Shown here piece after piece: positions 23,101 to 34,808 of a stretch of 39,278 bases of DNA. Source of the DNA: Patellaria atrata CBS 101060 (Eukaryota); assembly GCA_010093705.1 (NCBI GenBank), contig MU006116.1, positions 223,424 through 262,701 of the forward strand. Direction: 5' to 3'. Position numbers and translations under genes: made by a program. How positions within the stretch are numbered: position 1 is the stretch's first letter; each line of letters begins with the position of its first letter. The notes below the pieces were generated by a model that saw only the letters and a program-made list of their open reading frames with translations, did no database searches and was not told where the DNA came from.

Positions 23101-25956
23101 CTGCTATTAACAAAGTCTCAACAGCCGTCAATTATTTGTACGGTGCAGTTTTGACATATGTTTACTTTTCTTCTCTTATGTTAGACTTTACTGTAAATAA
23201 GAGTCGAAGACGATTTTAAGAGCGAGCCGTACGTGTACAACCGTATTGTTTGAGGGTGATCATACTGTTGCGGACGTTCCGTGTATTCTCCACTTATATT
23301 TACAATAGCATTGCCCCGTACAGCGGACGAGGGGTGTTACGACGGGAAAGCATAAGATATTCTGTTTCACCTGCTAATCATGTGTAGCGCCCTCCCTATA
23401 TTGTTCGGGATGACGTTACTGTTTAGCATCGCACACCTCATTTCCTCCGAAAATATATTGTTCAAAAGACAGGTTAGCGGGGTCCTAAAATTTCCGCGGT
23501 CTAGACGTCCGATCAAGAGATCTATGTCTGATGAGGAGGCACGGTTCAGTGCTAGATCTTATATGACTAGCCCGGCAACAAAGAAAGGTATGGTGCGTTC
23601 TGAAGTTAGTCTAAATGCTTTCAATGACCTAGCAGAGACACCGCGGCATAAACACATACTCCATTGGAAAGATTTAGCCTATGAAATACCAGTTGCTGGG
23701 CGCAATAAGAAAATTCTCGACGAAATAGAAGGCTGGCTTAAACCTGGGACGCTAACCGCACTTATGGGCGCAAAAGGTGTGGGAAAGACCAGTCTCATGA
23801 AAGTCCTTAGTGGCAGAGCCTCCATTGGAATCATCAGTGGCCAAATTCTGATACATGGCCGACCACGAGATGTAGGTTTTCAAAGAAAAGTTGGTTACGT
23901 TCAACGAAATTGCCTTCAATCGCATAGCACAACTGTGCGAGAAGCTCTTCTGTCAAGTGCTGCTTTAAGACAACCGGCTTCAGTCTCAACAGAAGATAGG
24001 AGAACTTATGTTGAGGAGATTATCAGAATGATGGATATGGACGAATTTGCAGATGCCGTGATTGGTGTCCCTAGCCAAGGTATATGGATATGATATCGAC
24101 CCTGTTATGACTGTACAGTTATGTTGACAGGTTGTAGACCATCTTAACGTCGAACAGTGCATCAAGACTACCATTGCTATAGAGTTAGCTGCGAAGCCAC
24201 AGATGTGCCTCTTCTTGGGTAGGTTATGATCCTGACTCTTCTCATATAATGGCTCACTATATATGGAAGACGAACCAATTACTGGTGTTGATGAGGAGAC
24301 TGCATGGTCCATATGCCTACTCTTACGAAATCTTGCGAACCATGGGCAAACAATTTTATGCTCAATCTCCCAGCCATCAGCTTTTCTATTTAGTGCATTT
24401 GATAACCTTCTTCTTCTTGGACGAGGCGGTAAGCCGCTCTACTTTGGTGATATTGGGCGTGATTGTGCGATAATGATTGCGTACTTCGAGAACCATGGTG
24501 GAAGAAAATTCAATCACGGAGAAAATCCAGCCGATTGGATGTTGGACATAACAACAGAAACTTCAACCTCTCGTAGTACAATTGATTGGGCCAAAAAATG
24601 GCGAGACTCGATGCAAAGGGAAGCTGTTCATAAGCAACTGGATAACCTAAGGCGGAACCTGGCTCTAACTGGCCTACTCAATAATCAACAGCTACTGAAC
24701 CCGCCCCAAGAATTTGCTAACCCAATTGTCATTCAGTTGCGGTCTGTAGCTACACGTCGGTTCCGCGAATACTGGCGTATGCCTGGTTATTCTTGGGCAC
24801 TTGTATGTTTGGGACTTGGTTTTGTAAGTTGAAGTATTTGGAAGTAAAGATTTACTATCTAACGTAATTGTTATATATATATATAGGCTACTGCTACTGG
24901 GATAACGTTTTTTCAGCAACCAAATGACATCCGAAGCTATAACAGTCGTCAATTCGCTATCCTTTTCATCCTTATCTCCGCACCTTGTTCCAGTCGCATT
25001 CAAATACCTCGGTATCTCCATGACCTGAGAATATTCAAGTTTCATGAGCAGTCGTTAAAGACATATTCATGGACTGTCCACATATGGAGCGGAATAATTG
25101 TTGAGGTGTGTTGGAATACCATCATAGCAACTATCACATTCGGAACATGGTATCTTGCAGTTTGCTTTGATAGCAAATCACACCATAACGGAAGAAGAGC
25201 TGGCTTGACTTTTCTCCTCATTTGGGGATACTACATTTTTGTGGCCAGTTTGTTCCTTTTAATTACTATTGGTGTTAACAGCCCTCGACTTGCGACGAGG
25301 ATTACAGATATTCTCTTCTGTATATTCTTCCTATCCAGCGGGTAAGTTTTGCCTGTTGAAATGCACTCCCTGTAGCTGAATGCTTTAGGGTATTTGTACC
25401 TCTCCCTCATGTCTCGCGGTTCTGGATTTTTATGTACCGTATCTCACCTTTGAACCATGTGGTATCTGCGATATTCTCAACAATTTCATTCGGAACGCCT
25501 GTGTCTTGCCGCCCTAACGACGTTGTGGTCTTCAATTCTCCACCCACAACAACATGCTTAGAGTATCTAGCGCCGTTTATACAAGAATTTGGAGGGTCAC
25601 TAGTAGGGGTAATGGGGACGGGACGCTTAGAGGAGGGTAATCGGTGCAGTTTTTGTCCTATTACCGATTCGAATAGTATATTGAGGGAGTTCGGCATCGA
25701 GCCCAGTCGGCGATGGTGGAGTATCGGGTTTATGGCCATCTACATCGGGTTTAATACTGCTGGAGTATTTGCACTGTACTGGTTTCTAAATGTGAGGGGA
25801 CAGAAAGTAAAGGTTATTAACGAGTGGGAAATTCCAGATCACGCCGTCAGCGCAACGAGAAGCCTCCGGAAACGGTTAGAGGTCGATCTTTACGGTGTGT
25901 TGTCTGGTGAAAAGCAGACAACAAGATTCGATACAAAGGACAAGTTGAGGATATGA
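20175..25956 (+). CDS. Highly divergent full-size PDR/ABCG transporter (NBD-TMD-NBD-TMD)
   Basis: Spliced frame appears open. Introns 20665-20985, 21794-22058, 22303-22375, 22796-22846, 23023-23387, 24080-24137, 24219-24269, about 24824-24887 and 25342-25388. Motifs [44 protein letters not shown] and [10 protein letters not shown]. Confidence 0.9.
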
Positions 25957-26774
25957 TTTACACGTAACAGTTAGTGAACCTCAGAACTTCAGGGAATGAA
26001 ATACATTGCTTATATTCAACTCCATTAGTTCATCTATATCACTTCATCCCGTAGGTGTCATATCCCAAATCCTGAAAAACCTGCGCTACAGGTCCGGGGC
26101 CTTATGCCTAAAAGGGACCTGAACACTACATAGAAAGGGAAAAACAGGACTATAGAGTTTTGATGGTACATGAACCGTTGAGTATAACATGTGAATTACA
26201 AATAGACAAACCCAACACCTGGGTCGAGTAGAGGAATGGGAATGGGAAAGAGAATTTCCTAGAGAATAAAAATATATGATTGAGTTTCTGATACGGTAGT
26301 CTGTTAAAAACTGCGTATCAATATGAAGTAATGAAGGTGATTTCAAGAATGACTCAAGGGTAGATATATATGTGTCAATTAGATGGCACATTGTAAAAGA
26401 GAAAGGGATGTGAAGTCAAACTTTGAACCTCAGGGACCTAGCTGATGTTGACGCCTATTGGGGTATCGATGTTAGCTCAGATGGGTGTTGAGTATCTTCA
26501 AGGAGACGAAGTGGTAAAGGGTCCATTGAAGAGGTATGTGCCAATGTTGCCGCGTCGGCTACCGTAGAAAGAGCCATAAGTCCCTCGTAGGAAGTACACC
26601 CAGCTTTTGTACCCCTATTCAAGTTGATAGACATGAACAAGACAAATCAGATATTAAAGTATAGTTTTTGTTCATGTTTTAACTACTTTTTACTTCTACC
26701 GAGGAGATTCTTTGGTGTCTCTCCTTCTGTCCTGGAATGCTACCCAAAGAAAGAAAACCTCCTACTCCTCCTAC

Positions 26775-28056
26775 TTACGACGCAGGCGAAGGTGCAGCGT
26801 TGATCGCATCTAAGGTAGCTTGGTATGCAGGTTTCTTCTGGTAGTTGTCATTCCATAGCAGAGCTGCGCCCTCACCGGGGAATGTTTGAGGGACCCAGGA
26901 ATATCTGTCGGAAATACCCTGGAAGAAGTAAAACGATGTGTCAGCAAAATTCTCATTATATGGACTTGGGCCCCGTCCCAGAAGGATTGACTTACCCAGA
27001 CGGTGAAACCAACACATCTTTCAACATTCATACAGCTGGTCATAACTCTGGCATAAGCTTCAGCGTGTAACTGCAACTTCGCGGCAGTCGCTGGGGTGTT
27101 CATGCGAATATCAATTTCGGTGTAAGCGACATCAACATTGAGATCCGTATACAACCTCAGTGTAGTCTCTAGCACCTCCACACTTGGCGTGGCTACATCC
27201 TGAGTCGGAGTCTTTTCGATGGTGAGATGTCCCTGTAAGCCAACACCGTCGATCTTGACACCCCACGATTGAATGAGCTGAACAATACGCTGGGCTCCCA
27301 GTGCTTTGGCTTGTCCATATTCCAGGTTGTAATCGTTGTAATAAAGTTTTGCATTCGGGTCGACTTGAGCAGCGAGTCTGAAAGCAATGGGAATGAAAGC
27401 TTCGCCGATTACACGATAGAAAACGGAGTTACGATACGTGCCATCCTCGTTCAGCGCTATATTCAGTATTTAGCACAGTTTTATACAGCTAAACTATCGG
27501 AAGAGGTGGCGTCACTGACCTTCATTGACAACATCCCAATGTGTACACTTCCCTTTATATCTTCCCGCTACCTGTCTGATATGATTCTCCATAACTTGAA
27601 TCAACGTTGCATTATTGTTGATATTGTTGACCCAACCAGGTAACTGACTGTGCCAGACGAGGGTATGGCATCTCATCTCTAAGTTGTTCTGTTGTGCGTA
27701 GTTTGCGACCTGGTCAGCTCCCCCCCAGTTGAATTGTCCGCGGTTTGGTTCTGTCGCATCCCACTTCATTGCATTTTCAGGGGTGATAGACTTGAAGTCC
27801 GCTTTGTTATTGATGATATTGCGCTCAGAGTTATCGTTGCGAATAGTTAACGAGGTGCCAATGTATTTACGACCCTTTGCGGCAAAGGCAGTCTGTAGAC
27901 CCGCGGCTTGACGAGATTCGATTCTACGAGTCGTATATTAGTGCCTGCCCCTGAAAGTAGAGGTGGAGGTAGAGAGGATTACGGTTCAGCAATTGGCACT
28001 GGACTTGCGGAGGCAATGGCACTGAGGGCCAAAATGGCAGACGAAAGGAAACGCAT
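26775..28056 (-). CDS. Endo-1,4-beta-xylanase, GH10, secreted
   Basis: Exons 28056-27983, 27923-27520, 27456-26996 and 26918-26775. Motifs [30 protein letters not shown] (acid/base), YYNDYN, GLQGH, TEIDI (nucleophile) and WGISD.YSW. Confidence 0.96.
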
Positions 28057-29255
28057 CTTGACTACGTTCTGTAGCTGAACCTGGATTTCGGTAGGAAGAT
28101 CTGAGGTAGAATGTCCTATTGACTTTCATTGTCGTCGATGATTGAGGTCTTTATAGTGGCCTCATCCCTATTCTCCCATATACAACAAATACCCGGCTTG
28201 GGGTGTTTTTACAAAACCCACGAAACAAGGCCATGGCTCAAATTCATCAATGTATCTAGTAGCTATACAAGCTTCAAGATCTCGGAATCCAGTAACACGC
28301 GGCCGCGATAACATATTAGTATTAAAGGCATCCAGATTCCATTGGCCGTGATTCATTAGGACAGATGGGATCGTTTTACCCATCGGATGAGACGAGGGAA
28401 ATGAGATGCTGTGGGCAACTGCTTACTGACAAAATCCCGGAAGTACCTGCAGCAATGCGGGGGAGGTTTCTATTAGGAATTAATTCAAAATCCATCGTGA
28501 GGCGTCTCGTGGTGCAAGACACGTAGAATTTAGATGAGATCATTAATCATGGTGTGAAGATGTAAATAGGCAAAATTCTAGTGTCGATATTGTTGATGGG
28601 GTCAAGGCGTAGGGCAGGTGGAGGTCCTGGGCTGGATTTCCTGTTTGCATGATTTGCAGACGAGAAAATAGTAGTCTAAGTACATTGGTTTCAACTACAC
28701 TTCACATTAATTGCTCCAACTATTTTTTTACTCTCGAGTTGGATCTCTCCACCAACTCAAGAAGAGCAGCAGACATGTTAGGGAGGAATAACTTGATCAT
28801 TAGGTCGACTCTACCTCGGCGCCGAACCATAACTATTCCATTTGAGTCAATGCCTGTAGTTCTACTATACCACGGTCTCCAGGAGCCTGTAAATACAGTA
28901 GAGTAGTAGTGTAATTGAAGTATTTGCTTGATAAGCGCATTCTCTGAACCTTTTACAATTTTAAGAAGGAAACTCTCTCTTCACTGTACTATACAGCTAA
29001 GGCCGGGATCTTGAAAGGAGTCCTTCTGTGCGTACGGTAAGCGCATCGTGAGTAGAGGACACACGACTGCGCGCGACAAAGCGGAAGACATCGTACGGTA
29101 GTCGTGATAAGTAAGAGAGGTCACAACAAATTGAAAGTATTGTCCTCCTCTTTGCGTAATAGCTCTTGGATTCATCGTTTGCTTACACTCAATACTCATT
29201 CTCCACCCTGCGTATCTCAAACTATCCATCCGCTATCGATCATCAGCAGAGGAAA

Positions 29256-29717
29256 ATGCGTCTAACAGCTATTACATTCCTAACACGATGGCATGCAATG
29301 CTGGGTCTTCCGCGACAATTTCCTCCTACCTGGTACCGAGACAGGCTTCGAGAAGAACTACGGGAACGTCGTACCGCGAGGACACCCTGGGAGAAGCTCA
29401 GCGAGACTTCAGATGTGTTCTTTTCCATTAGTAGGGCTCGGTACGACGGATATCCTGTCTGGAACATGAACCCTTTCATCGCGTTTCGATACGGATTTGT
29501 GTACATGTACATGTTGACGAAGTACACTTCACGCTGGCAATTCTATCGGACGACGGCCATCTTTTGCAACATTCCTCATTACGATTCGGTTCGCGAGGTG
29601 GTGAATCCAAGTAAAGATAACAAAATGAAGGAAGTTGCTTCCCGTCATAACATCAATCCGGAGAAATTTCATCGAATCGGTAGTCGCTTACGGCGAGTCT
29701 GGCCCCTTCTTCCCTAG
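29256..29717 (+). CDS. Small hypothetical protein (153 aa) with a MazG-like all-alpha NTP-pyrophosphatase pattern
   Basis: ATG at 29256 and an open frame. LREELRE-x10-SETSDVFF resembles the EExxE...ExxD metal-binding pattern. Function is inferred from this motif only. Confidence 0.65.
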   Translation: MRLTAITFLTRWHAMLGLPRQFPPTWYRDRLREELRERRTARTPWEKLSETSDVFFSISRARYDGYPVWNMNPFIAFRYGFVYMYMLTKYTSRWQFYRTTAIFCNIPHYDSVREVVNPSKDNKMKEVASRHNINPEKFHRIGSRLRRVWPLLP

Positions 29718-30728
29718 CAATTGATACGCTGCCAAGGTCTTTTAAAAACCGAAGTCAAAAAGTATTTCATGTTCTTATTTCTACTACTGAGAGAAATAGC
29801 TAACCTGTCTACACAGATAGTGGGCTGGTTGTTCGACTGTTTGATCTATGCAACGATCGCGCTGGACTTGCGATTGAAATAGGCCCTCCACCATTTCTTC
29901 TTTACGGTTTAGATAGAGATATTGGTCTTTATAACAATAATTTAACCAGTTCTTCAATCTCGAAATGACTTTGCTTTATCGATCAGCATTGATCAGTTCT
30001 ATAGCTTTGTTAATCGAATTGTTTTTTTCCCCGGCAAGGGGAAAGGCAAGCTTTGATCGAAGCACGGGAAATTTTTTGCACCGTTTTAATAGAGTGAATC
30101 TGCTTGTGATAAGCATGAGTTTGAGCTCTATTGAATTATCACGGCGGTAGCAATTCAAGGCCCCATTAAAAGGTTCAAAAGGTTTGCTCGCCACGGCTAA
30201 TTACATATTGCTTTAATACATACCTTGGAGCTTGCTCTTTGTTTTCCGTCGAAAGACAGAGGAAACACAATCAGACCATATATGACGTACGATGTCCTGA
30301 TAGGTGCTATTGCCTAGTCAATCATTAAGCAAAGTATAACATGAAATATAAGTTTGCAGTTCCCAGATTAAGCAAACTAAGCCTCCTTCCTTTCTTCTGG
30401 TTCAAGCTATCCTCAACTATCTCATACAATCAATCAGTTTGCTTTCTACCCAAAAGCTCTTTGCTATCTTCTTATACTTCCCTATCAATCGAACAATCAC
30501 TTGGTGTAAAGCATATATAGTTGGAGAGAAAGCTGTCATGCTGTTAATTAATTCCCTTAATTCGAACTTGGCTAATAGAAAAGATATTTTTCCAACCGCC
30601 TAGAGTTCATCTGTCCTCTGCCTACGCATACTTCTCGTTACATAATACGGTGAGTCCAACAACGAAAATAAGGCGGTGTAGCCACACCTAAGTTGACAAT
30701 GGTCATGTTATTACCACCAGTTGCTCCC

Positions 30729-32711
30729 ATGTCCAATTTGAAACAAATAGTTATCGGGTTATATGGTGTTCCTGGTGTGGGGAAGACGTTTCTACTCGCT
30801 GGCTTAAAAGAAAGCTTTGGAGAGGAGGAGTACGATTTCTACGAGGGATCTGAGATGATTTCCAAGGTTGTCCCTGGCGGCCTCAACGCTTTCCACAAGC
30901 TAGAGAAGGAAGAGAAGGCCCATTGGCGCCAGGTTGCTATAGACAAGATTCGTGAAAGAAGTGCCAATAACAGGAAAGTCGCAGTGGTCACTGGACATTT
31001 CATGTTTTGGGACGAGGAAAAAGAAGCTGGATATACAGTTATGACGCGCAAAGACTTGGAGGTGTATTCCCACATAATCTATTTAGATATTCCCACGGCT
31101 ATTGTGCTGCGACGTCGGTCGGCCGACAATGATAGAGCTCGAGCCCCGGTTTCTGAAGCGCATTTAAGTAAATGGCAACAGGATGAAAAGACTCAGCTTC
31201 GAGATCTATGCCGAAGACATGGCATTCTGTTTTTAGCCATGTCCAAACCTTCACCAAGAGCTGTCTTAACGCTTTTGCGTGATTTTGGCAAACATTCTGA
31301 GTCCTACAATACATCCGTCGCAGTGAGGGAACTGGACAGCGTGATTACCGCTGAACAACCTGGCTTAAACACAGCAGTAGTTCTCGATGCCGATCGGACT
31401 TTGGCCCCGGAGGACACGGGTTCCCTGTTCTGGAAGAAACTCAAGGGTAGAGAATCTACTTTGAAGGAGTTATTTAGTGGCCCTTTGCAATACTCATATA
31501 CCGCTTTCCGTCAAGCTTCATTACTGCATGAAGAGGTTACTGATGATGACCAATTCGAAGCTTTGTGCCGCACAATAGCAGGAGAGGTAACAATGTACCC
31601 CGAGTTTAAATCTTTGTTGAAGGTGGTAGCAGAAGAAAACCACACTCAAGCGGTGGTGGTTAGTTGTGGTCTGCGCAGAGTTTGGGAAATGGTGTTGGAG
31701 AGAGAAGGTGTCTCTCACTCAGTAAAAGTCATCGGTGGGGGACGTATTTCAGACGGTTTTGTCGTGACAGCAAATGTAAAAGCTGCTCTAGTCCGCCAGT
31801 TGCGAGCTACCCATGGCATGCATGTTTGGGCCTTTGGAGACAGTCCGTTGGATCTCGAGATGTTGAAAGAAGCCAATCACGCCGTAGTAGTGGTTGGCGA
31901 CGAGACAAGCAGAAGTAAGACGATGGAGGCAGATTTAAGGTCCTCTATCGCAAAAGGACTACGTACCCGTCAGGCTTTACTCCCCCCTGATGTTCTTCCT
32001 CGTCTGGACCCCATGATTCTTCCTATAGTTAGCTTTTCGGAAAGGGGATTCATTGATTCTATCATAAACAATCATCGCAAGCCTGATATACGGGTTATCG
32101 AAGCGACGAATACGAATGCTGCTAGATTACTCATGACCGCCACACGTGATGAGAGACATTGTGGACCAATGCTAAGAGAAGCTCACCGTCGTATTGGAGC
32201 TTACTTGGCAACACATTTCCTTACGGAATTGATTGGCATTGAAGAGTATTTGATCCCACATGTACAAGGCCACAAGACAAGCGGTTACCGGCTGTTAAAT
32301 GAAGACAAGACATCAGTTGTTGCTCTAATGCGGGGTGGTGAACCAATGGCTTTGGGTGTCAACGATGTGTTCCCGCTCGCCATGTTTATCCATGCTAGAT
32401 GTCCAGTTGACATTGAACTTCAGCACCTTGCGGGTCAAACTACCGTTTTGCTGGTGGACTCAGTGGTGAATAGCGGGAAAACGGTGGTTCAGTTTATTGA
32501 ACGGGTACGTGAATTAAATCCTACTATTCGCATCGTTGTAGTTGCAGGCGTCATCCAAAGTAGATCAGTCCGCGGTGAAAATCCTAATCAAGGACTAGCT
32601 AGTCAAAGAGATGTTAGTCTTGTCACTTTACGGTTATCTGAGAATGCATTCACTGGTAGAGGAACGACTGATACTGGTAACCGACTCTTTAATACCACAC
32701 ATATCTGTTGA
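30729..32711 (+). CDS. P-loop nucleotide kinase-like / HAD phosphatase / uracil phosphoribosyltransferase-like fusion
   Basis: P-loop GVPGVGKT; HAD motifs DADRT, VSCG, K and GDSPLD; PRTase motifs ALMRGG, VLLVDSVVNSGKT and DTGNRLF. A likely 5' intron at 30650-30720 (GTGAGT..CAG) places the start at ATG 30729. Confidence 0.88.
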   Translation: MSNLKQIVIGLYGVPGVGKTFLLAGLKESFGEEEYDFYEGSEMISKVVPGGLNAFHKLEKEEKAHWRQVAIDKIRERSANNRKVAVVTGHFMFWDEEKEAGYTVMTRKDLEVYSHIIYLDIPTAIVLRRRSADNDRARAPVSEAHLSKWQQDEKTQLRDLCRRHGILFLAMSKPSPRAVLTLLRDFGKHSESYNTSVAVRELDSVITAEQPGLNTAVVLDADRTLAPEDTGSLFWKKLKGRESTLKELFSGPLQYSYTAFRQASLLHEEVTDDDQFEALCRTIAGEVTMYPEFKSLLKVVAEENHTQAVVVSCGLRRVWEMVLEREGVSHSVKVIGGGRISDGFVVTANVKAALVRQLRATHGMHVWAFGDSPLDLEMLKEANHAVVVVGDETSRSKTMEADLRSSIAKGLRTRQALLPPDVLPRLDPMILPIVSFSERGFIDSIINNHRKPDIRVIEATNTNAARLLMTATRDERHCGPMLREAHRRIGAYLATHFLTELIGIEEYLIPHVQGHKTSGYRLLNEDKTSVVALMRGGEPMALGVNDVFPLAMFIHARCPVDIELQHLAGQTTVLLVDSVVNSGKTVVQFIERVRELNPTIRIVVVAGVIQSRSVRGENPNQGLASQRDVSLVTLRLSENAFTGRGTTDTGNRLFNTTHIC

Positions 32712-32733
32712 ACTTAGCGATCAGATCCAATAT

Positions 32734-33002
32734 TGTTTGAGTATTGGCAAGCAGGATCAACGTGCTGCTCGCTTATTTCTCCACGGACCACGGTATCAGA
32801 GTAACCAGGGTTACTAATCTGATACAGCACTACTGTGCTATCTTTTAGTTCTTACTGTTGGTACTATTTTCGTTATTTTCTAAGACGCAGATTTCATACT
32901 GTTCCGTTCTTTTTAGTACACACCTGCAGTATATAACAGCTAGATAGAACCACTCTTTAAGAATCAAGCATGCATCTTTTCAGCTACCGCAGCAATCCGA
33001 CA
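32734..33002. mobile_element. Solo LTR (same family as 34256-34518)
   Basis: Ends TGTTTGA...TCCGACA and aligns along its length to 34256-34518. Flanks read AATAT and gAATAT, an imperfect TSD. Confidence 0.7.
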
Positions 33003-34255
33003 GAATATATAAGATACAAAAGAAAGCTATCGGCATTCAGCCGTCTGACAAAATACTCTGCCCGCGTCTGGCCTTGAACAACCTCTGGCATGGCATATCT
33101 TTTTGCCATGGCTGACTGGAACCGTGTGCCTTCTGCCGCTGCACCAAAAACCCAGCTCGTCCTTACTTGTTGACCCAACCATGCTTCACCCGGTTATGCT
33201 TCTTAGTAGCGTTTCAAGCACCCTCTTTCTCGTCTCCATCACCTGCACCTCCAGCTCTTCAGCTTCCTTCCACCGCCCCTGATTCTTGTACATCGACAAC
33301 AGGTTGGCCATGCTGGTCAGCGTGTCTGGATGCTCGTCCCCAAGCACCCTCTTCCTCATCTCCATTGCTTGCACAAATAACTCTTCAGACTCGTTGTACC
33401 GTCCATCACTAAATAGTGTCGTAGCATACTTCTATGCCAAGGTTGATCTATTCCTGATCTCTTGCTCAACGAGACTATGTGATAAAGCGTATTTAACATG
33501 CGGAAGTAATCGTCTCCACTTACTTCTATTACCATGATTCTGGGAACACCCTGAGTAGCTGTTTGATAGCATTTCGGGTCCATTGGTCCAGCCTCTCCTG
33601 CTTTCGAAGCTACTCCCGTAGAGCGCGATGCACCAGTTGGTGAACATCGAGCGCGGATTCGGCAGGCCGCCTTATAATAAGCGCGTAGCTGCTGAGAACT
33701 TTTATTGCATCTTCCCTTTCACGAGGCAACGATGCTTGTAGATAATCCAGCGGGATGTCTTTTCGGTCTACGCAGGCGGCAAGAAACAGATAGTCTGCTG
33801 CTAGCGTATCTCTACGGCGGATCTGGTCCATGGAGATAAGTAGTGTGGTAGCTATAAAACTTTTTATACCGTACTCCTGTAGCTTGTACTTAGATAATTC
33901 GCTATCATGCTCGAGAGCTTCTTTCTTTCGTTTGACTAGTTGTGATCGGTACTCCTGTAACGTGACATTTCTGATATTAATATAGGCTGCTGCTTGGACA
34001 ACTGCTAAGGGGAGATATAATAGCTTTTGTAGTAAAAACTTCACCTCCTGCTACCGGAGTATCTAAATAGTTTTCTAACATCCTTTGGGCAGTATCTGGT
34101 GTCATTTCCCCTAGCTCTACAATATTTTGCGGTGATAAACCCTTGGCTGTGTCACTGTTAATTGTTGTGAAGATGATAGAACATAGTTCCGACTGTGGAA
34201 GGTAGTCCATTAAGTTAGTAGCTCGTGCCGTGTAAATTAGCAAACACTGCCTTGC

Positions 34256-34518
34256 TGTCAGAATATTGGTAACCAGGATAAACGTGGTGCTCGCTTATTA
34301 CACCACGGACTATGGTATCGGAGTAGCCAGGGTTACTAATCTGATACAGCACTATCTTTTAGTTCTTACTGTCGGTACTATTTTCGTTGTTTTCTAAGAC
34401 ATAGATTTCATACTGTTCCGTCCTTTTTGATACACACCTGCAGTATATAACACCTAGATAGTACCACTCTTTTGAGAAAAAAGCCATGCATCTTTTCAGC
34501 TACTGCAGCAATCTGACA
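34256..34518. mobile_element. Solo LTR inserted in the NB-ARC region
   Basis: TGTCAGA...TCTGACA termini; 5-bp TSD CTTGC at 34251-34255 and 34519-34523. Confidence 0.88.
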
Positions 34519-34808
34519 CTTGCACCCTTTCAATTTAGCTGAAATTTCACCAACTGCTTAATATTTGCATTTTCATCGTTCCAGCCAGGAACGTCGAGCT
34601 TTTGGGCAATACTTACATACGATTGATAGAGACTATCTATATTGCTTGTATCAATCCAGAAGATATAGTAATTCTTGTTTATTTGTCTTATTTCATACGC
34701 AAGCTCGAGTAATAGCTGTGATTTACCTACTCCTTCGGGTCCTACTATCGCTGATACTGTAGTTTGCTTGTCTCTGAGGAGATTTGCTTCCAGTTCCGCA
34801 AGCTGTGA

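Noticed and set aside
30693..30728. ORF-track N-terminus MTMVMLLPPVAP of the fusion protein
   Set aside because: Mostly inside a probable intron (30650-30720); ATG 30729 is the better start.
32734..34518. LTR element that captured an NLR fragment
   Set aside because: The two LTRs have different TSDs, no PBS/PPT was seen, and the NLR frame continues beyond the right copy.
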